Virus record (IMG/VR): IMGVR_UViG_3300020156_000368
Strand: one strand, 5' to 3'
DNA length: 20,000 nucleotides
From: an uncultured virus (IMG/VR IMGVR_UViG_3300020156_000368)
Lineage: Duplodnaviria > Heunggongvirae > Uroviricota > Caudoviricetes
Of this stretch, positions 8,987 through 15,964 are shown one piece after another. A model generated the notes under the pieces. It searched no databases and was not told the DNA's origin. It was given only the letters and a program-made list of their open reading frames with translations. Each line of letters opens with the position of its first letter. The first letter of the stretch is position 1. The position numbers were made by a program, and so were the translations under genes.

Positions 8987-9337
8987 ATGTTCGACTTCAT
9001 TACATGGAATCTCGTAAAGCGAGTTTATATTTGGAAAGGATGGAATAACGTCATTACTTTTCTAATTGTGGGTAGTATTATTGCGTTTTTTGGCAGTATG
9101 TTATATGTATTGAAGATCGAAGTGGCTGGACTTCCAGAATCCAATAGGCAAAAACTTCCTGCATTTGTTTTTAGTTCTGATAAGGAAACCAAAAAACACT
9201 TCATTAACTTTCGTTTACCAACAGAAAAAGAAGATACTCAATTGCCAATATCTGAAAAAGCCTTTGCCGATCTAAACACAACTCATACTCATGTAATTTG
9301 GGATAAGAGCAAGAATAGTCTTGAAGTTATCAAATGA
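8987..9337 (+). CDS. Hypothetical protein, single TM segment
   Basis: 116 aa; hydrophobic VITFLIVGSIIAFFGSMLYVL; ATG 5 nt after the promoter motif. Confidence 0.65.
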   Translation: MFDFITWNLVKRVYIWKGWNNVITFLIVGSIIAFFGSMLYVLKIEVAGLPESNRQKLPAFVFSSDKETKKHFINFRLPTEKEDTQLPISEKAFADLNTTHTHVIWDKSKNSLEVIK

Positions 9338-9627
9338 ATAAACAGACCCAATATATATCAAGGATGCTAAATGAATGTATCCCTGAACGTTTGCTGCCAG
9401 AATATAATGGCAGATTTGCAGAAGAAATGGATTTAGCAGTACAGTTACCACTCATTTTTGACCGAATGCTAGAGATTAAGCAAAGAGGATTCGTTGGGGA
9501 TGCAAATCACGTTAATAGTTATCTGGCTTGGGTTATAGGAATAACGGACGAACCACCTGACTTTTCAAAGCCCTTTGATATGTTTGGAAAGCCAAAGCCT
9601 ATTCGAAAACCACTTGTGGAATTTTAA
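9334..9627 (+). CDS. Hypothetical protein with weak resemblance to a DnaE (Pol III alpha) N-terminal palm fragment
   Basis: EYNGRFAEEM...NSYLAWVIGITDEPP compared with DnaE YxxRLxxE...GSLVAYxLGITxxDP; ATGA overlap with the previous gene. Confidence 0.55.
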   Translation: MNKQTQYISRMLNECIPERLLPEYNGRFAEEMDLAVQLPLIFDRMLEIKQRGFVGDANHVNSYLAWVIGITDEPPDFSKPFDMFGKPKPIRKPLVEF

Positions 9628-10007
9628 CGAATTTGGTGTGCATTAATCAAAAATAGACAATATGGGTGCTTAGCGTTCCAATTCCATTGAACTGTCAATG
9701 GAACACTGGTTTCGGTTGCTCTATCTAATACATTAAAGATGGTTTGCATCTTAGGGGCAGTATTAAGCTTCTCTTGAAGCACCTGAAGGTCTGTTCCATT
9801 GGACATGAAACCAAAGTTTTCCAAATCTTGAGTAAGCATTTGTATTGCTTCCTCTTGACTATGAGCCATCATATTTTCTTTGTTGAAATCATTTACTCTG
9901 CGCTCTAAATCTTTTTGAGCGATACTTGAATCATAATCATCATTAAATAATTCGTCATCAAACTGATCCCACGCAAATTTCTTGATAAAATCATCCTTCC
10001 AACTCAT
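9624..10007 (-). CDS. Hypothetical acidic protein, N-terminus paralogous to 18222..18710
   Basis: MSWKDDFIKKFAWDQFDDELFNDD compared with MNWKDKFFKHYIHAWDANDDALFSDE; AGGGG SD-like site. Confidence 0.7.
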   Translation of the reverse strand: MSWKDDFIKKFAWDQFDDELFNDDYDSSIAQKDLERRVNDFNKENMMAHSQEEAIQMLTQDLENFGFMSNGTDLQVLQEKLNTAPKMQTIFNVLDRATETSVPLTVQWNWNAKHPYCLFLINAHQIR

Positions 10008-10134
10008 GTTATAACCCCTGTATTAGTAATGCAGTAATATTCTATAAGTTGTTTAGCTTTCCCTTCTTTGCAAAATGAAAAGGTACTGCCATCCCCACCG
10101 CTGAATATATAGATATTTGCAGTGGGGGTTTTCT

Positions 10135-10737
10135 ATGTTTAAGAAAATTATGGCAACATTATTTATAACCTTCCTACTTTGTTCATCAGCTTTTGCGCAA
10201 ACCATCCTCAAGGTAGGAAATGGAACAGGCTTCTTTGTAAGCCCTAACGAAATAGTCACAGCGCACCACGCTATTGATACGTGGATGACTACTCCGCTTG
10301 GGGTTGAATATAATGGTAAAACTTACGGTGCGCTTGTCTATAAGTATAACGAACATTTAGACGTAGCTTATTTAAGGATTGTGGGACACAGTAAAGTTTG
10401 CGATTCGCCATTGATTATCTCAGAAGCTTCGCTTTATGAAGGAATGCCATACACTCTTTATGGTTATCCAGCAAAGAAAAATCGTGAATTTACTTCTGTT
10501 TCTGGCGTTATAAAAGATACTTATTATAAGATGTTTAGTGATACAGGCAGACGCAACTGGAGAAGGGAGTTTGTACAGGGTAGTTCTGGCGCTTCATCAG
10601 GATATTCAGGCGGTCCAATACTGGATTCTAAGGGGTATGCGATTGGCGTATTGTGTAATGGCAGCAGATGGAATGCTTATTTTACTTCATTCCATATGCT
10701 AAAAAACCATCCTGACTGGAAAAGCATTAATTTCTAG
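10135..10737 (+). CDS. Secreted trypsin-like (S1, Trypsin_2-type) serine protease
   Basis: Signal peptide MFKKIMATLFITFLLCSSAFA; GTGFFV...VTAHHAI (His), LDVAYLRI (Asp), GYSGGPILD..G.AIGV (Ser). Confidence 0.85.
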   Translation: MFKKIMATLFITFLLCSSAFAQTILKVGNGTGFFVSPNEIVTAHHAIDTWMTTPLGVEYNGKTYGALVYKYNEHLDVAYLRIVGHSKVCDSPLIISEASLYEGMPYTLYGYPAKKNREFTSVSGVIKDTYYKMFSDTGRRNWRREFVQGSSGASSGYSGGPILDSKGYAIGVLCNGSRWNAYFTSFHMLKNHPDWKSINF

Positions 10738-10771
10738 CAGTTGGAATGATTTTTGCATAAGGTCTACTATT

Positions 10772-11458
10772 ATGGACCTTAAAAGTATTCGCTTATTTCA
10801 CGGGACTTCCAGCAAGTATTTAAATCACATTCTCAAGCACGGAATTTCGCCTGCGTCAGTTACAGGAAACAAAGGCAATTGGGAGCATACGATTACGGCT
10901 CATCAAGATGCCGTTTATTTATCAACCTCTTATGCGCCTTATTTTGCTATGTGTTCAATCAAGAATGAACGCAAAGAGAAGGCTTTAATAATTGAGGTTG
11001 ACCCTTCTCAGCTACAAGAAGAATTTTTATATCCAGATGAAGACGTTCTTCCTCATATTATAAAGATAGAGGATAGCGAATCCTTAGACATAAACATAAT
11101 CACCCAATATTTTCGTGATAATATCAAAGATTATCAGCAATACTGGGAAGCTAGTCTGGCTCTTCTCGGAAACTGCGCCTATCACCAGATCATTCCGCCA
11201 AAAGCTTTTAAAACGGTAGCTTTATTTGATCAAATGAAAAATAAGTCAGCATGGATGAAAAGCGTTGATCCTTCAATTATTCCTATCAACTATCAGATAT
11301 TAGGGCATAATTACTTCGCGTTGACGCGCTGGATGATCGGGGAGAAAGTCACGCCTCAGGAAGTCAGCCATACCTATGGGCATTTTCCTGAGTTTGATCG
11401 TGGGCTGGAAGAAATGCTTGAGAATCAGCCTGTGGAGATAATTTATAAATCTGATTAA
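10772..11458 (+). CDS. ADP-ribosyltransferase-fold (HGT-motif, Tpt1/KptA-like) protein
   Basis: LFHGTSSKYLNHILKHGISP...AVYLST...A..FA...IIEVD...LYPDED...WEASL..LGNCAY...IPP pattern, typical of small NAD-binding ART-superfamily domains. Confidence 0.6.
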   Translation: MDLKSIRLFHGTSSKYLNHILKHGISPASVTGNKGNWEHTITAHQDAVYLSTSYAPYFAMCSIKNERKEKALIIEVDPSQLQEEFLYPDEDVLPHIIKIEDSESLDINIITQYFRDNIKDYQQYWEASLALLGNCAYHQIIPPKAFKTVALFDQMKNKSAWMKSVDPSIIPINYQILGHNYFALTRWMIGEKVTPQEVSHTYGHFPEFDRGLEEMLENQPVEIIYKSD

Positions 11459-11472
11459 TTAAATTAAAATGA

Positions 11473-11496
11473 TGTTTCCGTGTGTGTTTCCGTGTG
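11473..11496 (+). repeat. 2 x 12 bp perfect direct repeat TGTTTCCGTGTG
   Basis: 11473-11484 and 11485-11496 are identical. Confidence 0.85.
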
Positions 11497-11510
11497 TTGA
11501 AACTGCGATT

Positions 11511-11645
11511 GAAGCGTTGGGCGGCTTCCGCTTCTAACCGATTGGCTTCTATGCTGGTGATGAAGTCTGCCCGTTGCTTTTACGGGCGGACTGAAGAGGC
11601 AGGGCGAAGCCCTGCTCCGCGCCAATTTTTTTCGCGATTTTTTTA
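11511..11645 (+). ncRNA. Candidate structured RNA / compound terminator (three consecutive hairpins followed by T tracts)
   Basis: GAAGCG..CGCTTC (11511-11534), AGTCTGCCCGT..ACGGGCGGACT (11564-11592), GCAGGGC-GAA-GCCCTGC (11599-11615), then T-rich 11626-11650. GC-rich island between convergent genes. Confidence 0.4.
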
Positions 11646-11649
11646 TTTT

Positions 11650-11964
11650 TTACTCGCGTATCCACTGTTTTATCATGTGTCTACGCTCATCGCCCACCCA
11701 AGGAAGCGAAGCGCCCCACTTTTCTGTGATACTCTCGTCTTCCAAGCGCATGATAAATTCCCACTCATCATGTTCTAAATTGAAGAAAACTTCAGTGTCT
11801 TCGCGCTGCTTTACTTTGCGCTGATCTGCGGATAACAATAGCTGAAAGTCCGTGGAGCCATCGCGATTATTATCATCTTCTATAATAACATCGATGAATT
11901 GCCCCGCTTGGAAAGATACCTCATCTTTAACTACGTTTTTAACAATAGCTATGGTCGCCCACAT
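11650..11964 (-). CDS. Hypothetical protein
   Basis: 104 aa ORF with an AAGGA SD before the ATG. Confidence 0.65.
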   Translation of the reverse strand: MWATIAIVKNVVKDEVSFQAGQFIDVIIEDDNNRDGSTDFQLLLSADQRKVKQREDTEVFFNLEHDEWEFIMRLEDESITEKWGASLPWVGDERRHMIKQWIRE

Positions 11965-12044
11965 AATTTATCCTTTGTATACACGTGTAAAACCAACCCC
12001 GCCCCGCTTGAAGTGCTGGGACAATGGGAACGCTGGGATGAATT

Positions 12045-12091
12045 ACGGGAGAGGCAAGTGAGCGGCTACGCGAACTTGTCCTTACTCCCGT
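12045..12091 (+). other. Long intergenic stem-loop with internal loops (candidate RNA element)
   Basis: ACGGGAG-A-GGCAAGT-GA-GCG-GCTA-CGC-GA-ACTTGTC-CTTA-CTCCCGT. Confidence 0.55.
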
Positions 12092-12096
12092 TTCAA

Positions 12097-12396
12097 TTAG
12101 TTAAACTTGGCTGGCTTTTCCAAGGCAATTCCGTCTACCTTAGTTAAAAATGCGTTTAGGTCTGCATCAATCTCAAAGGTCAATCCAACTTCATAGGTAA
12201 GCCTAGCAAGACCCCTGGATTCAATCTGTTTATCCGTCAGACCAGCTTTTCTAAGCTTCTCAAAGGCGTCCATATCGTCGCCGTAAGCGTAAAGCGTCAC
12301 CGTCTTAGGCTGCTTTGCTGCTTCTGCCGCTGCTGCTTCACGACGCCTTAGCTCTTGCTCTAGCATCTCCCTAGGAAACTGTGTTAAATCTGTCAC
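12097..12396 (-). CDS. Hypothetical protein
   Basis: 99 aa; GTG start with AAGGA SD; GTGA overlap with the upstream small gene. Confidence 0.7.
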   Translation of the reverse strand: MTDLTQFPREMLEQELRRREAAAAEAAKQPKTVTLYAYGDDMDAFEKLRKAGLTDKQIESRGLARLTYEVGLTFEIDADLNAFLTKVDGIALEKPAKFN

Positions 12397-12560
12397 GTGA
12401 TAATCCTTAATGTATCGCTTGGTACGATTTGATTAATTACTTCAATAGCGCCGTATCTGTTTAAGATCATAACTCTTTCAGAGTCAATCGCTATACCTTC
12501 AACGATTGCGCCTAGTTGAAACGGTATATCTGGCTTGATTACCATGTATTTCGTCTTCAT
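12393..12560 (-). CDS. Small hypothetical protein (55 aa)
   Basis: Not in the track: MKTKYMVIKPDIPFQLGAIVEGIAIDSERVMILNRYGAIEVINQIVPSDTLRIIT. ATG lies 5 nt after the promoter motif and the stop overlaps the next start. Confidence 0.65.
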   Translation of the reverse strand: MKTKYMVIKPDIPFQLGAIVEGIAIDSERVMILNRYGAIEVINQIVPSDTLRIIT

Positions 12561-12565
12561 GGTTT

Positions 12566-12621
12566 CATTACTAATATAAACACGACTTATTCATGAATAG
12601 AACATCATTTTGTTAGTACTC
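12566..12621. promoter_or_regulatory. Palindromic divergent promoter pair (TATTCATGAATA core)
   Basis: + strand TGAATA 12594-12599/N16/GTACTC 12616-12621/N5/ATG 12627. - strand TGAATA 12593-12588/N16/GTAATG 12571-12566/N5/ATG 12560. Confidence 0.7.
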
Positions 12622-12626
12622 AAAGC

Positions 12627-12989
12627 ATGATAAAAGCACCTACACGAAATAAGCCCATCAGCCGCGAGTTCGCAAAGGCGTTTGTCTTTGAATGGATAAA
12701 GGAAATCGAATTTCTGCTTGGCGTAGAATTTGAACCACATGTAAGTGAATCGCTTTCTGCGACTTCTTATAGCTGGCGCTATGATAATAAATGTATTTTT
12801 GATTTATGGATTACTAAAGATTCAACATGGAATAATCAGCCACCACCCATGCGCCCTTTAGTGGAAGTAATGGATGGTAGACCTGACTGGAAAGAAGTTT
12901 TTCCTGCAAAGCCGAAGACGAGACGAGAATTCCTAGCTGCTATGGAAAAATCTACAGATAAGATGATTGAGAGATTTGGCAATGAATAA
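12627..12989 (+). CDS. Paralogue-array protein 1 (unknown function)
   Basis: FEWIKEIEFLLG ... RREFLAAMEKSTDKMIERF. Confidence 0.75.
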   Translation: MIKAPTRNKPISREFAKAFVFEWIKEIEFLLGVEFEPHVSESLSATSYSWRYDNKCIFDLWITKDSTWNNQPPPMRPLVEVMDGRPDWKEVFPAKPKTRREFLAAMEKSTDKMIERFGNE

Positions 12990-13302
12990 GTCTCTTTACG
13001 ATCAGTTCAAAGACATGCTTTCCGAATGGGTGGAAGAGATGGATTACCTGCTTGATATCAAGCTATGCTATGATATCTATACAGGTCCATCTGGCAGAAT
13101 CTATCATACCGTTCTATATGGCAAGACAGGCTTATTTTGTGCAGCTTTAGATACTGAAAGCTCTACCCTTTATATTGACGACAAAAGACTGTCTCGTTTT
13201 AATAAATTTCAAATTATTAATGAAGCAGATGAAGTCCAGCTTCTTTTAGAGAGTCAGACCAAATTTCTGATTGATTTATGTGATGCCCATGACTTACTAT
13301 GA
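12982..13302 (+). CDS. Paralogue-array protein 2
   Basis: SEWVEEMDYLLD ... EVQLLLESQTKFLIDL; start moved to ATG 12982, overlapping the previous stop. Confidence 0.75.
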   Translation: MNKSLYDQFKDMLSEWVEEMDYLLDIKLCYDIYTGPSGRIYHTVLYGKTGLFCAALDTESSTLYIDDKRLSRFNKFQIINEADEVQLLLESQTKFLIDLCDAHDLL

Positions 13303-13624
13303 CAAAGAAAAACGCATTCTCGATGAATGGATAGAAGAAATCAACTACATCTTCGGCGCGGACTTTTATAGACATGAAGACTATGGGATAGTCTTTATTT
13401 GCACTCCTGAAGGTCCAAGCCGCATCATAGCTCTTCAACATACAAATAGATACACACCTGATAAAACATACAGGTCTGCTACAGAGCATTTAAGACTGAT
13501 ATTTTACACACCTGTAAAGGGTGATGATATACAGTGCAAAACCATAGACTCTATTGAAGAGCTTAAAACATTCCTTGAAGACAGAACCGAGTACATTAAA
13601 CAGCAACTCGCTGTAGCTGAATGA
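13289..13624 (+). CDS. Paralogue-array protein 3
   Basis: DEWIEEINYIFG ... ELKTFLEDRTEYIKQQL. Confidence 0.75.
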   Translation: MTYYDKEKRILDEWIEEINYIFGADFYRHEDYGIVFICTPEGPSRIIALQHTNRYTPDKTYRSATEHLRLIFYTPVKGDDIQCKTIDSIEELKTFLEDRTEYIKQQLAVAE

Positions 13625-13627
13625 GGA

Positions 13628-13948
13628 ATGAATATGAAATACGAAGATATTGAAGCCAGAGTTAGAGAATGGATTGATGAAATCAACTTTCTCTATGATA
13701 CAAAGTTAGCTGCCAGAGAAATTGATGATGTAGAACTGCTTAATATTTATATAGTTGAAGCCTTTCAGCCAGCTTTATTTAATATTAGACATCAAAAAGA
13801 TCAAATGTGCAGGTTTATGTACAAGCCTCGCGGTGCGAAAAGCGTTTGGGAGATTGAAAAATTGCGCATTGATACACCTGAGCGTTTAGAACAGTACCTG
13901 CAAGAACGACTTGAATACTTTCAAGAGAGATTTGTATATCAATCATGA
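13628..13948 (+). CDS. Paralogue-array protein 4
   Basis: REWIDEINFLYD ... RLEQYLQERLEYFQERF. Confidence 0.75.
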   Translation: MNMKYEDIEARVREWIDEINFLYDTKLAAREIDDVELLNIYIVEAFQPALFNIRHQKDQMCRFMYKPRGAKSVWEIEKLRIDTPERLEQYLQERLEYFQERFVYQS

Positions 13949-14133
13949 CTATTAAACGACTACTTCGCAGGGCTAAAAGAGTGATAGGTAGCAAAGAACT
14001 TGCTCTACAGTGGCTTAAGACCCCCGCATTCGGACTCGGCGGAAGGATTCCGCTCGAAGTGGCAGAGACACCCGAAGGCGCGAGGGAGGTCATGGACCTG
14101 CTTGGACGTATAGAGCATTCGGTATATTCATGA
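13945..14133 (+). CDS. Orphan antitoxin, MbcA/ParS/Xre C-terminal toxin-binding domain (DUF2384-like)
   Basis: RAKRVIGSKELALQWLKTPAFGLGGRIPLEVAETPEGAREVMDLLGRIEHSVYS matches the AxxVFGxxxxAxxWLxxPxxxLGGxxPL...GxxxVxxxLGRIEHGxxS pattern. No HTH domain and no adjacent RES toxin. Confidence 0.85.
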   Translation: MTIKRLLRRAKRVIGSKELALQWLKTPAFGLGGRIPLEVAETPEGAREVMDLLGRIEHSVYS

Positions 14134-14477
14134 CAAAAATCGCGCCCAGCGTTCCAAGCGCCCGATCCCGCCCTCCGTTTAAGACGCTTAATGCCATAGT
14201 AATCCAGTGGATAGAAGAGCTTGAATTTCTTACAGGTGTATCGCTGAAAAAGCAATTTGTTAGCAAGACGCCTCACGTTTGCTACTACATTTACAAAAGC
14301 AAGTTCCTTGCAAGCGTGTACGAAAAACCAAGTCAGCGTATGGAAAATAGATTCTCAATGAAACATTACAAGGCAAAGCTCTCTTGCGTATTTGAATCAG
14401 AAGATAATTTAAAGGCATACCTGCGTAAAATCACGCCTACTTTGATAGAAACGATTAATAGTCTAGATGAAAACTAA
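14130..14477 (+). CDS. Paralogue-array protein 5
   Basis: IQWIEELEFLTG ... NLKAYLRKITPTLIETI. Confidence 0.75.
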   Translation: MTKIAPSVPSARSRPPFKTLNAIVIQWIEELEFLTGVSLKKQFVSKTPHVCYYIYKSKFLASVYEKPSQRMENRFSMKHYKAKLSCVFESEDNLKAYLRKITPTLIETINSLDEN

Positions 14478-14778
14478 AATCCCCCTTCCAATTGAGCTTG
14501 ATTTAGAAGTTGCTGGCTGGCTTGATGAAATCGCGTTCCTTACAGGTGCACAGATATACGAGCGAGAGCGAGAATATAAATATGGCGATGCCAGATCATT
14601 TATCTATAAAAACGCCACGCTATTTTCTGTTATAATTTCAACCAACGGCAACTTCTTTGCCCATAGATATCCAAGAATCACCCATTACATGTTTAAAGAT
14701 AAAGAAAAGCTTCAGCAGTATCTGGAACAAATTACGCCGCAAGTACTTGAAGTGATACAATTACAAGATGAATACTGA
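14467..14778 (+). CDS. Paralogue-array protein 6
   Basis: AGWLDEIAFLTG ... KLQQYLEQITPQVLEVI. Confidence 0.75.
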   Translation: MKTKIPLPIELDLEVAGWLDEIAFLTGAQIYEREREYKYGDARSFIYKNATLFSVIISTNGNFFAHRYPRITHYMFKDKEKLQQYLEQITPQVLEVIQLQDEY

Positions 14779-15091
14779 AATTCCATTATTCCATAACTAT
14801 GATTACTTTGACGCCCTTTTTGACTGGAAAACAGAGGTCGAATTTATCACTGGCAAGAACATTGAATCTATTAGACTTAACGCAGACCCTCAAAATTATA
14901 AAATCATGTTTACCTATAAACAGATCATGATTTTAATCGCAGCACGTCCTCTTATAAAAAATACCACCATAGCGGTTGCTCCTTATGGAGAAAAATCATA
15001 TATACATTGCAAAAGTGTAGACGAATTAAATGATCTTTTAAGTGATATAACAAGCAAGACTATCCAGCGAATAGAAAACTATGAAGTTTAA
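14768..15091 (+). CDS. Paralogue-array protein 7
   Basis: FDWKTEVEFITG ... ELNDLLSDITSKTIQRI. Confidence 0.75.
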   Translation: MNTEIPLFHNYDYFDALFDWKTEVEFITGKNIESIRLNADPQNYKIMFTYKQIMILIAARPLIKNTTIAVAPYGEKSYIHCKSVDELNDLLSDITSKTIQRIENYEV

Positions 15092-15446
15092 TACTAAAGA
15101 CGAAGTTTTCCAACAAGAGTGCGAACTTGTAGAGCAGTGGCTTGATGAAATTGAATTCATTACAGGCGAAAAACTAATTACAACAACAGTGCCTCATATC
15201 AAACATGACAGAATTGTTTTGGTTAGCGCTAATACTATCGCCTCAGAGACGCTTTTCGCCTTTGCGTATCCTTTAGATTTGGGTTGCTCCCTTCCAATTA
15301 AAAGATTTTACGTCTATGTAGGAAGTCCCAAGGCTTTATATGACTTAAGTCCAGTAAAAGATTTAAAAACGCTTCAAGAATATCTTTCCCAACGAGCTAC
15401 ACCAAAGATTTTAGAAATGATACAAGAGCAACAACAAGATATATGA
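15081..15446 (+). CDS. Paralogue-array protein 8
   Basis: EQWLDEIEFITG ... TLQEYLSQRATPKILEMI. Confidence 0.75.
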   Translation: MKFNTKDEVFQQECELVEQWLDEIEFITGEKLITTTVPHIKHDRIVLVSANTIASETLFAFAYPLDLGCSLPIKRFYVYVGSPKALYDLSPVKDLKTLQEYLSQRATPKILEMIQEQQQDI

Positions 15447-15595
15447 ACTACTTTACGATTTATTTTTTCGCATTAGCCGCTATTGCTGCATTTATCGGCT
15501 TAGCCCCACAGTCCCAGTACTCTGAACGCCTTTTAAGCCTGTGTTTTGGCGCTACCATTCTAGGTATTTTATTCTTTTTATCGAGCTTCCCATGA
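15443..15595 (+). CDS. Small membrane protein (50 aa, 2 TM)
   Basis: Not in the track: MNYFTIYFFALAAIAAFIGLAPQSQYSERLLSLCFGATILGILFFLSSFP; ATGA overlaps at both ends. Confidence 0.65.
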   Translation: MNYFTIYFFALAAIAAFIGLAPQSQYSERLLSLCFGATILGILFFLSSFP

Positions 15596-15780
15596 TTAAT
15601 GCTACTATCACGTTCTCAGACCCGAAGCATGACTTATTCTTTACCATTTGGTACGTATTCTGCTTCTTTTTCTACATATATTTAGGCACCAATTCCCACT
15701 CGCTATGGCTTAGTCGCTTCTGGTTTATTGCCAGCGGCATCTGTCTTGGCTTTTCGTATCACTTTTTTGATCGCCTTTGA
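15592..15780 (+). CDS. Small membrane protein (62 aa)
   Basis: MINATITFSDPKHDLFFTIWYVFCFFFYIYLG...; the ATG overlaps the previous stop (ATGA). Confidence 0.55.
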   Translation: MINATITFSDPKHDLFFTIWYVFCFFFYIYLGTNSHSLWLSRFWFIASGICLGFSYHFFDRL

Positions 15781-15907
15781 AATATCTGCCTTTATTTGAA
15801 CTAAACGCGGTCCTGTGTGCGCCATTATAATTCCAGCATTTGTAACAGTAACCACTTAGCGGAGCATCATATTCTTTGTTGCAGAATGTGCAGTTGTATT
15901 TATCCAT
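15725..15907 (-). CDS. Small Zn-finger-like hypothetical protein
   Basis: CTFC...CYKC pair in 60 aa; fills the gap but overlaps the convergent gene by 56 nt. Confidence 0.45.
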   Translation of the reverse strand: MDKYNCTFCNKEYDAPLSGYCYKCWNYNGAHRTAFSSNKGRYFKGDQKSDTKSQDRCRWQ

Positions 15908-15930
15908 AGGATTTTTCTTGCAAACACAAG

Positions 15931-15958
15931 TGAATTATTCCTTTCCTACGTGGTATCT
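15931..15958 (+). promoter_or_regulatory. Promoter motif TGAATT-N16-GTATCT
   Basis: Same geometry as the other copies; in-frame ATG 15965 lies 6 nt downstream. Confidence 0.55.
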
Positions 15959-15964
15959 CAATGC

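Noticed and set aside
10742..10770. Ninth copy of the promoter motif before the ART-like gene (GGAATG...CTACTA)
   Set aside because: Mismatches in both boxes and spacing off by one; not counted.
11550..11615. Canonical hammerhead ribozyme
   Set aside because: The core reads GUGAUGA...GAAG rather than CUGANGA...GAAA, and no convincing stem III/cleavage triplet; kept only as an unclassified structured-RNA candidate.
11460..12096. tRNA genes in the GC-rich intergenic stretches
   Set aside because: No cloverleaf, no GTTCRA T-loop and no acceptor stem found.
11482..12147. Track ORFs 11482..11778, 11852..12061, 11899..12147
   Set aside because: They run through hairpins and T tracts or lie antisense to 11650..11964; no RBS.
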